This document shows, one piece after another, positions 12,227 to 24,246 of a stretch of 64,000 nucleotides of DNA. A program made the position numbers and the translations under genes. Origin of the DNA: Chlorokybus atmophyticus. Lineage: Eukaryota; Plantae; Mesostigma and Chlorokybus algae. The notes beneath the pieces were generated by a model, which saw only the letters and a program-made list of their open reading frames with translations, was not told where the DNA came from and ran no database searches. The number at the start of each line of letters is the position of its first letter. The stretch's first letter is position 1. The DNA lies in assembly GCA_009103225.1 (NCBI GenBank), contig RHPI01002503.1, forward strand, positions 118,391 to 182,390, written 5' to 3'.

Positions 12227-13382
12227 AGCAGTGCCAAGTATCAGAAAACACGCGTTACAGCTGCTGCTGAGGTGCTTGACTGCCTCTCACAATGTTCTTA
12301 TGAGTAAACAAGCAAATACCGAGGGAACATTTTTGCAGACCAAGCTCTGCATGTCAACGCCTAGGCTGGTGACAGCACAGGCGGCAGAGTCATCGGCACT
12401 GGCCGACAACCAGCCACCCGCCGCTTTGAGCGAGTAACATTGCGTGTTCTCACTAGACATGCTGACCTAGACGCGCTCCCGCCCAACCCCCATGTCAAAA
12501 ACGGTGGAAACAAGCAAGGTCAAAGTCGCCGGCCAGCTGCGCATGACGACACACAGCTGTCGCGAAAGCCAGCTCACGATGCACAACCCTTGATCTGCGG
12601 ACAACAAAACCATCAGCTCACACCGCTACTCACCAGCGGCCTAAACAAGCAGCCGCCTCCCGCAGCGCCAGGAAGCTCTGCCGGTGTGCTGTCTTCACGC
12701 GTCAGCGTGCTGCAGGCACCGGCGCAAGCAACCCGCCATGCTCGACACGGACGGCGACGGACAGCAGCGCACCGTCCCTGACACCAACGCTGTGAGCGAC
12801 GCGAGCGCCAACAGCACCGCCGCGTCCTCCTCCGCCGCCTGCTTCCCCTTCCCGCCGCCGCCGCCGCCTTGCCCCAAAAGCCCTACGACTACGACTTTGC
12901 CTCGCCCCCCCTGCTGCGCCTCCGCGGATACGCGCGAGGAGTTCACGGCCGCACGTGGCGACAGCAGTGCTGCGCAGCTCGTTGTGCTCCGGGGACGCAC
13001 AAGGGGCACAAGGGGCGGCCGCGCACAACACAAAGCCCGTACACGCTTTGCTCATCTCATGGCTGATGAAGCATCCGCCCGTCCATGTTTACGGCGGGAG
13101 CCAACTTTCAAGCACACAAGAGTCGCTGTCATCTACCCATGACTGTCTAGTTCATGCATGAATGCACATTGTGGGAGATTGAGTATTTCAAGCACATCAT
13201 GTCATACGCATATACCCCCAAAAAGTCAAATTTCATTTGACCACTGCAACGTACGATAATGCACATATGATGCAAAATTGCTTATATACATCGCATCACT
13301 ATTAGCACGCCCGCAGAGGGAGGGGGGGAGATGGACGGAAGCAAGAGGTACCGAAAGAGTAAGATGCTCGCTTTTATACATT

Positions 13383-13419
13383 TGTAGCCCCCGTTTTGTT
13401 AAGCTCGCCGGGGGCTACA
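13383..13419. repeat. 11-bp perfect stem-loop (TGTAGCCCCCG / CGGGGGCTACA) in an AT-rich spacer
   Basis: Directly visible, with a 15-nt loop. Confidence 0.85.
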
Positions 13420-14173
13420 GATGGCATCAAGATTACAAACACGATAATTTGTAGTGTGTAAAACCGGTGGTGTAAACTGCACATAGCCTGCAATTCATGT
13501 TTGCATTAATGAAATTGGCACGCAGCTAGTATGTTAAGTAACGTATTCCAAGCAATGCTGTACCGCTTTAAATACACGCATTGAATGTATACATGTATTC
13601 ACAACAAATGCAACAGCATGCACTTTAATAAACAAGTATGCTGGATACTATCTTTTTATTATGCATGTATGTTGAACACAATAATGTTTACTTTCTTATC
13701 ACAAGCGTCACGCCAAATGTTTTGGCAAGCGCATGTCACATGCATGCTAAAGAGGCTAATTAATTTCATCGTTGTCGTCGCTGACAGACATCAAAAGGAT
13801 AACCTCTACTTCGGCACTTCTGCTCTGCACAAGTACAGCCCCTCCTGCTGTCGCCCACATTCTCAACCTATCTGCTGTGAACATAGTTGCAACCCTGTTA
13901 CCATTAGCGTAATTGTATTTCATTAATTACTGCTTGCTGCTGGTGCTTGCGTAATGTCATGCTGCGTGTGGATGTGACAAAGGGTCCCTCTTATTTACCA
14001 CATGCATGATCAACATCATGATGTAGCCTACATCATGTAGGCCTACCAGCAATGCTGGTCCAGCATGCATGTCACCATCTGCTAAATACCGTGCCATAAC
14101 ATCAGTTTCAAACCGGCACACTGTATGTTTGAACCGGCACATGCATGTACAGTAGAAACACGTGGGATCGCCT

Positions 14174-14204
14174 TGCCACGTGGCAGTAAGCGACGAAACC
14201 CTAA
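14174..14204 (+). promoter_or_regulatory. Palindromic G-box (TGCCACGTGGCA) plus telo-box (AAACCCTAA) just upstream of the ATG at 14228
   Basis: Exact matches at 14174-14185 and 14196-14204 to established plant cis-elements. Function is inferred from sequence and position only. Confidence 0.45.
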
Positions 14205-14227
14205 CCTGAGAACTTGCAGCGGCGGCA

Positions 14228-15645
14228 ATGGCCGCAGCGGCGGCGGTGGCGGATGTGGACGATGCGCATGCTGTGGAGGGCATTGTTGCGGTCGCAGACG
14301 ACAACGACCTTTTGCTGCGGCTCTCATACGATGACTTCCTAGCTGCGGCGAGAGGACGGCGTGCCGAGAGCTTGAGGGCTGCGCCCGCTGGTAGCCAAGA
14401 CCCAGCTGACGAGGAGGGTGGGCATGGAAACATTGGCTCATGCGGCAATGGTGGCCTTCCGCCCGCTGAGGTGCAGCAGTATCGAGCTGCTGCTGCCAAA
14501 AAGGCTATCTCACGCAGCGCTGCACAGGCGCAGAGGCGGACGGAGGCGCTGCGCACGCTTAAAGCACAGGCACGTGTGCATGACGAGCAATTGTACGTAA
14601 ACCACTTGCGATATACCGAACAACCTACTTGAAGTGCACATCAGTCGCAGAAGATTAGCAAACTTCTGTGCATGCATTGTTACGCTGCTAGTTCGTGGTG
14701 ACTGAGCATTGCAGAAGTATTTGCTTGTGCATGACTCCAAGTGCAGTTCATGCACATGCAGACAACAGCATGCCGTTGACTCATGGTGCATCTAATTCGC
14801 CATTGCCAAAGGAGCGTGCACTGCTATGAGAGTGAGTTATGCATATTTTGCTCGCGAGTGACTTTGCATGGTTTCAGGCAGAACAGAAGAGAAGGTTGGA
14901 AGCACAACGACATGCTGCCGCACGACGCATACAGCGAGCAGTGCGCAGGTTTCTGGCTAGGCTGCATGAAAGCCATATCAGCAGCAATAGACTTACTGTC
15001 TCTGCGTCTCGGCTTCATGAGATTCTACTGACGTGGAAGCTTCGTGCACACTTTACCCGACAGCGTCGGACAAGGGTGACTACACAGGTAGCAATTGTAG
15101 GTGCCCCAAGTTGGAGGCATCTAACTTGCATGTGCCTGCGTTATTGCATTTCTGGTGACAGCTTGTCCTGGTTTACATCACGCATGTTGCTTTGTGCTCA
15201 GGTTGGCAGGCATAGCCGGGCGCACAAAGAACTCCGGGTGTTTGTTCCAGAGGATTCGTTTCTGGATACATCGTGGCAGAAAGTGAACCTGCATCGCATT
15301 GCACACTACAAGGTATGTTCAGCAAGCTTTTGGCCGCACAGGGGCTGTTCATTGCTCTGTCGTTTCTACGGTGTGTGAAGCCATATGCATGACTGCGACC
15401 AGCTGTAGTGTGGACAGGACTGAATTAAGCAAATGTGTGCAGGCGCTGTATCTGCACATGGCGTTGGTAGAGCGATCCACAACCCTGCCAGCCTTTGGTA
15501 CCTCCGCCCCCCCCCGCNNNNNNNNNNNNNNNNNNNNNNNNNNNNNNNNNNNNNNNNNNNNNNNNNNNNNNNNNNNNNNNNNNNNNNNNNNNNNNNNNNN
15601 NNNNNNNNNNNNNNNNNNNNNNNNNNNNNNNNNNNNNNNNNNNNN

Positions 15646-15681
<36 letters not shown>

Positions 15682-17455
15682 TTTCTGGGGCGGACGCTTA
15701 GCAGCTTCACACAACTTGCATGCACTAAACGTTTCCTAAGTGACTATTTGTGACTACACCAGAAAGGTTTTCAGTGCTATGTGAGCGACTGGTCGCAGCC
15801 ATCTGCGGCGCACGACTTCGCAGGTGCCTTCAGTCACCACAAGTGCAGAGTCTGATTGTTGAGATACAGGTAAGGACTTGATCTAGTTCGGTTTTTCCAT
15901 TGTGTACCGTGTTGATCACTTCATGAATTGGTTTCTTGTGCAGGACATTGTGCTGTTGCTCACAGACCTGCAAGACGAAGCAGCGGCGGGACTGCTAGCA
16001 GATATCAGGCTTGCTGAACGGTTGGCACTACAGCTCACATCTAAACGACAGCAGCTGGATGACTTTCTTGAAGGTATGGGACGTGCGTTCAAGTGTATTG
16101 TACCATCCCCGCTGTTGTGCGATACCGTCCAGGCTGTGCAGCTTGGCGCATCCTATATGTATGCTGACCAATACGAGTGTTGTTGGTTGCAGGTCGTTTG
16201 CGATTGCCAACATCTTCCCCCGCTCGTCCGAGGGTTCCACGTCGGTCCAACAGCGATAATGCTGCGCCTGAGGTGGTGGCTTCCACACCCAGCGTTTCCG
16301 ATAGCGTGCGAAGCTTTCTACCTCGAAGGCGCAACAGTGCATCGGCCCACAACTTTAACAGCGTGGCGACTGCGAAACCGGTGCCTTGGCTTTCTATGGG
16401 CAACGCTCATCATGGCATTGCTGCTGTTGCTGCAGGCGATGCTCCTTCCGTGCACTACGCTGCGCCAGCAGCCAGCAGCAAGCATCCTCCAGAGGGTAGC
16501 ACAAGTTTGACCAAGTTGGCGGAGCTCAACAAGTCAGTCCAGCAGCAGCAAGCGGAGGTTCTGCGCAACATGGAGAGCCAAGAGCGCCCAGCTCTCGCGG
16601 ACACCAGCAACATGCCTGCCAGCACTCCCCAGCAAAGCCATGTACCACCCATACCGCGGACCACAAGGCGGCAAGGAGAGTCTTCTCCAAAGCCACCCCC
16701 GAGCGTCGTGCCATCACGACCCTTTCTGCGTCGCAAGTCTCAATGCATGCCCCAGCAGAAGCTTGACTGGTCCAAGGTATGGGTCACATAGGGCAGTGTT
16801 TGCCATTAAGCGTATTGACCCCAATTGAAGAGCAGTGAGGGTGCTGTCTTGCTAATCATTTAAGTGTGATAATCAGGTGAAGCCAGTGGTACAGTGTCAC
16901 CTAGAAGATCACCTGGTCCCGCACAAACCCGAACCTCCCGACAAGTCAAAGCCGCCGACGCGGACAATGAAACTCTCACAGGTGCCAAGCCGCGTGTACG
17001 ACCATCTGCGCTCAAGGCCCGAAGATGAAAGCAGCTTGGCAAGCTCACGCTCATCGGCGTCCTCACAACAAGCAGATCGACCAGCGTGGGGACGGCGACC
17101 TCAAACAGCGGCTGCTCCAAGTTGGAAGTCGCACCAACCACCATCACAGGCTGCACAATTTGCACAGGCTGCACAGCATGTGCAGCCTGTACAGCGCTCT
17201 ACACGAGGCACATGGAAAACCTCATCGCTGGTTCAACAGGTTGTCGAAGTGAGTGAGGTGTTGCACAGTTCCAAGGCGCACGCAGAGTTGCAGCGCCTCT
17301 TTGCACCCTCCGCACACCACACAAGGATACCGCAACTACGCACAGACGCACCTATTCTAGTTGATTACGATGCAGCTAAGTACACCAAAAGCATGCAAGC
17401 CCTGCAGCAACATGGGTTGCAACATGGGTTGACATTTGTCCACATTCCAGACTAG
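14228..17455 (+). CDS. IQ-motif protein, multi-exon, with long disordered C-terminal half
   Basis: Starts MAAAAAVADVDD. Contains the IQ motif AARRIQRAVRRFLAR, then LVAAICGARLRRCLQSPQVQSLIVEIQDIVLLL and PFLRRKSQCMPQQKLDWSKVKPVVQC. Ends ...TFVHIPD* at 17455. One intron spans an assembly gap. Confidence 0.8.
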
Positions 17456-17563
17456 TTACTTGTTTAAGTCTTCTTCAACTACAGTACTGGTTGTAGAAGT
17501 ACTGTCATTGTTACATAGTAATACAGTGCCATTGTAGTGAAGTTGTCAGTCTCAAAGTCTTTG

Positions 17564-18379
17564 TCATGACAAGAAGCAACCGCTGGGCCCATCACGCGAT
17601 CGCTTCACGTTGCCATAAGCTGCTAGTTCTATTGCATCCATATCCCGTCCTGCAAGCAGTCGCCGGAAGTCGTCAACCTGCACATGCATGGTGACATGCG
17701 CTGCCACTTACTTGATAGCCGACAGTACTCGCTGTCCCTCTGCAAGTCGTCGTTGGTTACATTTAAGCGAGCACCCTTGACCTGGTTTGCTCGTGTCTGT
17801 GCACACATGTTAACTGTGTGCAGGGCAGTGATTGCATGTGTAGAGTAGTCTTAGAAATTTATGTACAACAGTGTTTGTGTACATCCCGCCACGGGCGGGC
17901 TCAAGACTTATTACTGGGCAAGTGAGCAGCAGATACATGTCACCTGCAGGACTTGGCAGTTGTCTAGAGTAGAGGCTCCACCCAAACTCCACGGTGTGAT
18001 GTGGTCATAGTTGTAGCATAGGCATCCCGAGCAGGCTACCAGAGGCTTGAACACGGTGTTGCCCGCAGCATCCTTCCTCCACCTCTCAGTGTCACGCCCA
18101 GAAACCTAAGCCAACTACAAGGTATATATATCTTTCATTTGTTTGTGGGTTGTGCATGTACAGAGCATGCATGCCCAGGTACTGCTGCCAATGCACTGTC
18201 GTGTGCACCTTCTCAGCCTTCTCCCAGCACTGCTTCCTGACGGCCAGCGGGAAGGACCTCTCCCTGCTACGCGGAGATGACGTTGGCGAGGAGGGCGGAG
18301 ATGAAGGGGACGTCGACCTCCTCCTCTGCCGTCTCCTCGTGGGCGACTCCACCTCCTCCACCGCTGCCGCCGTCGCCAT
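17564..18379 (-). CDS. HNH endonuclease (plant At3g47490-type) with C-terminal CaaX motif
   Basis: Four exons: MATAAAVEE...RSFPLAVRKQCWEKAEK | VSGRDTERWRKDAAGNTVFKPLVACSGCLCYNYDHITPWSLGGASTLDNCQVLQ | TRANQVKGARLNVTNDDLQRDSEYCRLS | RRDMDAIELAAYGNVKRSRDGPSGCFLS*. Confidence 0.92.
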
Positions 18380-18783
18380 ATCCTGCTGCTGAACCCATAA
18401 AAGCCGAACCTGAGCTCACCGTGTTCACCTGATTCCGCCAAATGTACTGAACCCCATCAAACAAGTTCGATGAACGCATCTCAAGGGCTGGCTTCAACCA
18501 ATAGTAAAACCAGCAGAAAGCACCTATCCTAGGTCGACGGCTGTGAGCTTGTCCACATCACTGGAGATCATCGGACGGCGTGTAGCGTCGCACTTTGGGC
18601 CATTGGCGGCGCCCTGGGTGAGGGCATAGGTGGGCCTGTGGGTGGTGTCGCCAGCGACGAGGGTCGGGCGGCCGGTGGCTAGCACTAGGGGCCGGCAGGA
18701 GCTGGCGGGAGGGGTGTAGTGCAGCCGGTAGTGGCCTTGAACGTGCGGCTGGGCAGTCCAGCTGCGCAGTGCTCGTGGCCTCC

Positions 18784-21700
18784 ATGGCCTCCACCTCAGC
18801 TGCCGTGTCTGGCGCCGCCGCCGCACGGTGCTGTGGCGTTGCACACAAGCCTGCTGTGGCGCAGCGACAGCCTGCAGCTTCTGTAGTGTGCAGGCGAGCA
18901 GGAAGGTTGGAGGCCAGGCGTTGCTTGCCTTCGCTACTGCCGCATAGGAGAAGACAACGGCTGCAAGCTGCTGTTGTCTGCTGCGCCTCCGCCGCCGCCG
19001 CCTCCCCGTCCCCGCCCTCGTCCTCCGCAGCTGGCATACCCTTTGCTCAGGACTCTCATGAGCGCCCGCAGACGCCCAAGCGGCCGTTGTTTTGGCTGCC
19101 GGTATGCGTTGTGATGTGAATGTTCAACAACGAAGGTGTTGCTTAGAAAGACGCAGGGTTGTATGCAATGCACTGCTTTTGGTTGCATGTCGTATGCTAA
19201 ACATACTGCAGTAATTATCAATGGGACCGCAGTAATTGGTGCTTGCTTCTCAAATTGTTGTTTGTATGAAAGCGAGTTGCAGTTTGAGGCATGAAAACAA
19301 GGATTACAAACACGCTGGTTGCAGAGCACATGGTCAGGGTTGTCGGTAGGGGTAAACTAAAGGTTTGAGAACATAAAGCGTTCTTTTTCACTACGTTGTC
19401 GTTGAAGCAGTGTCTCCTTACCGCCGAATCGCGCGCCATGCTACTTGTGGAGCTCATCAGTATTACCCGTGTGCGTGCGTTGCGTACATGCATGCTGTGC
19501 GTAATGCATGCAGAACTGAGGTGCATGCATGCACAGCATGCTTGTACCTCGGTTTGCTTCTTGTCATAGGCTTGGACTTGTTAGACTTGTTAGTTGGTAC
19601 AACATACCAAGGCCGGTTCTCACCATGGGGGGTGGTCGTGCAGATTTTGCGTGCGCTGCCAGTAGTTGCACTGGTCACCGCTGTTAGGTTGGTCTTTCCA
19701 CAAGCAGCAGGCGCGCATTCTGTCACACTTACCAGGCCTGTTGCCATCCCCTCAAGCGAAGTGCTGGGCAGTGCATGGACAGGTCTAGTGGCAGGTCAGT
19801 GGTGCCCACGACGTTGGTGAGCTTTACACCAGAAGCAACACTTGATGCTGTTGCTATATCCTCTATATGCGGGCAAAGGCGTCAACACCCCCGTTTCCCT
19901 TTATCAGGGTGCTTGCACACGTTGACCGGGCCAGATCACCTAGCAGCCCTAGCTCCACTTTCAATCGGAAGGTATTTGTCCGATCGGGTGTAGCAATGTT
20001 TGTATGTGGCCACAATTTGTTGACAGACATACAATCCAACGCGTTTTATACCGCGGAGTTGCGCAGTAGGGTTGGTTGGTTGGTTGTAGGCATGATGCTT
20101 TTGATTAATGGGTGCTTCACAGGTCGAAGCTTCAAAGTGCCTGGGTTGGTGCCCTTTGGGGTTGCGGTCATGAGATTGGGCAGATTATTTTTGGCATCCT
20201 ATTCTTGCTTCTGAAGGTACGCTCAGCATGTCACATCAAACCTCCCAAGGCAACTTCACCAGGTTGTCTTACATCGTTGTACGTGCAGGAGCGCTTGCAC
20301 ATAGAGCTGATACGCACGTGGAGCAGTAGAGTTGCCGGTAAGCTGAGTGTTGCTTTGTCACATGCTGCATGCAAAATTGACGAATGCACAGTTTGATGGC
20401 AAGTCGGTGCTAATTTGTTCCAAGTTGCAAGCAGTCAACCACTTGTCTGGCTTGTTGCAGGGCTCACCCTGCTGGCAATCGGTGCCTTGGGCGTGCGCGA
20501 GGCGCAAACTCCTGTGGAGGTCGTTGCTGAGGCAGCTCAGGGCATTTCTTTGTCGCCTGATGGAACAGCCGCTGCAGCAATCTCAAAGCAGCGGTTCAAC
20601 ATCGCAACCTTTACAACAGGTGTGTACACAACGTATGCACAAAGACCTTGGCATTGATTTGCTACAGCACGCATGTCTCGACTTGTCTTTTTACAAGTTA
20701 TATTCAAGCAATAGAGCACATTGGTATGCGTAGGAAGGTGTCTGACCAACATAAAGCACGCAGCTGTGAGCGCCATTGTCATCACTGCTACAGATTAGCA
20801 CGTGTTGGCCCCTGTCAATCAACTTGTTGACCAGTGCTCACAGTTTACGATTGCTGTTGTGCAGGCATTGTGCATGGGCTTCAGCCGGATGCCTTGCTAG
20901 TGGTAAGTTTAACCACCATGGTTGCAAAGATTGGTAACATGGTGTGCAATCAGTCACATCAAATGCCATCCATGCAAATACCTTCATTGTATGTGTTAGT
21001 GTGCTTTGTGCATGCTCTCACGTGATTTTAACAATTAATCAGAACTTCTCTGTGCATGCAGATTCTCCCTGCACTGGCACTTCCAAAGGCGGCGGGTGCT
21101 GCATTCCTTGTCACATTCCTGATTGGCACGGTGAGTGCCTGGATGCCCCCCTCCCCCCCCCCCCNNNNNNNNNNNNNNNNNNNNNNNNNNNNNNNNNNNN
21201 NNNNNNNNNNNNNNNNNNNNNNNNNNNNNNNNNNNNNNNNNNNNNNNNNNNNNNNNNNNNNNNNNNNNNNNNNNNNNNNNNNNNNNNNNNNNNNNNNNNN
21301 NNNNNNNNNNNNNNNNNNNNNNNNNNNNNNNNNNNNNNNNNNNNNNNNNNNNNNNNNNNNNNNNNNNNNNNNNNNNNNNNNNNNNNNNNNNNNNNNNNNN
21401 NNNNNNNNNNNNNNNNNNNNNNNNNNNNNNNNNNNNNNNNNNNNNNNNNNNNNNNNNNNNNNNNNNNNNNNNNNNNNNNNNNNNNNCCCCCCCCCCCCCC
21501 CCCCCCGCCCATCAGCACGAGCACCAGCACTACACACACAAAAAAGCATCCATCCATATACCAAAGGAAGCGCATGCTGTGCGCGTTCAATGTTCTTGTG
21601 GCTGCTTGTGAGGTTCATGTTATGCAGCACAAGTTGCTGTGGTTTGAGAAAGCTGACTACTTGTGGTCTCACGCGCAGGTGTGTGCCATGGGCAGTTATA

Positions 21701-21910
21701 CGGCTTTTATAGGTGCATCCAGTGAAGCACTGAGCTCACGAGTACCGTGGGTAAGTGTTGACTCGTTGTTGGACGCCCCGATGCCTGTCAAATGCTCATT
21801 GCAATGTGTCGCAGGTGACGAAGCGTCTCAGCTTAATTTCATCAATTGTTGCAGTGGTTGTGGGTTTGCTTCTGCTTGTAGGTAATGCGCTGGGTATTGA
21901 CATCTTGTAG
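18784..21910 (+). CDS. Plastid-targeted nickel/cobalt transporter-like membrane protein (NiCoT/UreH-like)
   Basis: A Ser/Ala/Arg-rich transit peptide is followed by SAWTGLVAGCLHTLTGPDHLAALAPLSIG, ALWGCGHEIGQIIFG, GIVHGLQPDALLV, ILPALALP and AMGSYTAFIG. Ends ...GNALGIDIL* (TAG at 21910). Confidence 0.9.
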
Positions 21911-22713
21911 GCGACTACTGCCTTAGGCTGGGCTTAGGTTGCAGCTATTACTGCATCAGTTGCTATCTGTATACTAGGGCTATTCGCACGCTGTTCCTTG
22001 ATATTGGTTTTGGGCGAGCATTTTTTTGAAGCGGCAATTGCATCCCATGGTTGTGTAGTAAAGTGATTTGCGTATGTGGGGCGGCGACAACGTCACTTGT
22101 CAGTGCTGCGACAGGTCAGCAAAAGGGCCGCTCAGCCTAAATGCACACACATCCTGTACTGGCTGTCAACTGCATGCGATGAGCTTATTATGCATGCCTG
22201 AGACACCAGGCACAATCTTTGGCTGAAGCTGTCCTTAGCAGCGTTGTCACACAGCATACACAGGCTGGTCCAGCACTTAGGTGGACCGCAGGTGGGTTGC
22301 AAAAGGCAGCAATCGCAGGCTAGGCTTCCTGTTTATGAGAAATCTGCGTCTCATCAGATTATGACACTCTCACAATCTTGCTGACCAGACTAATGGTGCA
22401 TATGCAAGTACAGTAGCAAGACCCTAGGCAACTACAAGTCAGGCAACACAGCACTGTGCAGTACGGACGCATGCATACACAAGTCATGGTCGTGTGGGAA
22501 TGGGAGCGGCAGTACCACTTCATCGGCACATACAACATTGAACAAATACCCGGTGTAGAGAGCCTGCAACACTTAACACCGCTCGCACTTGACTCTGTTA
22601 CAGGGCCTGTCACCTTGTACAGGGCAAGAATGCAGTAGTCATAATATACACACATGCTGCGCTAATGTCCATCATCGAACCAGCAGCAATAAATAGCATT
22701 GAGACCAGTGCTG

Positions 22714-24246
22714 CTACCGCAACAGCCGCGCCGGTGACATTTGGATGGGCTTCAGCGGCGCACGCACACGCGCTCTCCTGAGCCTGCAGTGGAAACGGTT
22801 ACTGCGACTATCACAACAGTCATAGCAAGTTGTATAACCCACCAACGTCATTGCCAACTTGTTTGACTTGGTCATTGTCACAGCACTTGGCATTTCCTGT
22901 ACATACACTGTGGGCCGTGCGGGTGTGCCGGGATGCGCTCCATGGTAGCAGCTTCTGCACATTGCTGTGTACATGTCCGCTCCCCCAATCAGCTGCGCAA
23001 CACAGCATCCACCCATCAGTGCCATCGCCCCCGAACAAACAACACCGAGTTCAAACAAAACCCACACCACGGGCTCTCACCTCTACTTGAGTGGCCTCAA
23101 CGGTCCGCTTCGTAAACGCGGCATCTCCGTGGCAACTCGTGCACACCGCATTGAGCTTCACCACGCTCTCGGCCAAAGGCACCAGCTCGAGCACGCGCTT
23201 AAACGGCTGCAGGATGTTGGATGTAATGGTTGGTGCCCAATGACAACTGACAATGAAGGTGTGAAGAAGAAACAGACCAACCTTACCTTGCGCTCAAATG
23301 TGCCATCCAAAGCAGCGACGATCACAATCTTGCCTTCGTTGGCCCACCGCTCGCAGTACTCCACAACATCTGCAACATGAGAAGGTGCAAGTGAGCCATG
23401 CTCTTGCAGAACAAATAACAGAAACAGCAGCAGCAACAATGACACTGACAGCAAGAACAGCTAGTACCCCTGTGACTACAACAGCGGCAACATCTATAAC
23501 AACAGCTGATACTACTACAACTGCAGTAACAACTGCTTCTACCCACCAGCGAAGAACTGGCCCTCGTCAATGGCGATAGCGCAGTAGGCGCCGCCCGCCA
23601 CGACGTTAGCAACCTCTGCAAGCGCCACGCACGGGCGAGCCTCGCAAGTCCAGTCCACTACCGTGTCGTGTGTCGCCAGCCGCCTCGCATTGTATCTCAC
23701 ATCCCCCTTATACTGCGCAAGGCAGGGTTGGTTTTCCACAAGTGCGCATGTTTTCGTATGTGCGTGCGGGTGTGCGGGTGTTGTTACACCAATTTCATAC
23801 CTTCACTATGAGGCAGTTCTTTCCCTGTCTGATGAGCCTTCCGGCCCTGCGCGCCAGCTCGGTGGTCTTTCCGGAGAACATCGGCCCGAAGATCAACTCT
23901 ATTCTGCCACCCTGCAATTGGTAGTTGATATTTGTCATGGGTATGTCAATGGACTTTGCGGCAAGCAAGAAATGTTGCTGATGCGCAAGACGTGACTCAC
24001 CTCAGTGCGGCCTGTTGAGGGAGAGGGCGGCGCCATAGGTGAAGGACTAGTGGCCTGCGTATTACAAAATAGTCGGCTACAAAACGTCATTGTCACAACC
24101 TGATATGAAGCTTGTTACAGTCATACAACAATACAAGGCATTGATGTTGATGTAGAGCAACAGCACACCTGTGCAGGTGTCCTTCCTGATATGGAGAGCG
24201 CACCCATCCTGACCGCCACGTCTTCCGCATGCTGCTGGCGTTCCAT
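22714..24246 (-). CDS. TK1: Thymidine kinase (TK1 family)
   Basis: Motifs: [16 protein letters not shown] (P-loop), [33 protein letters not shown]...[16 protein letters not shown] (Zn lasso). The start MERQQHAED (24246) and the last exon (...[11 protein letters not shown] at 22714) are less certain. Confidence 0.95.

Noticed and set aside
14569-14882. Apparent GC-AG intron in the IQ gene
   Set aside because: A canonical GT-AG alternative shifted by 4 nt (C|GTGTGC...GGCAG|AA) also keeps the frame, so a GC donor is not required.
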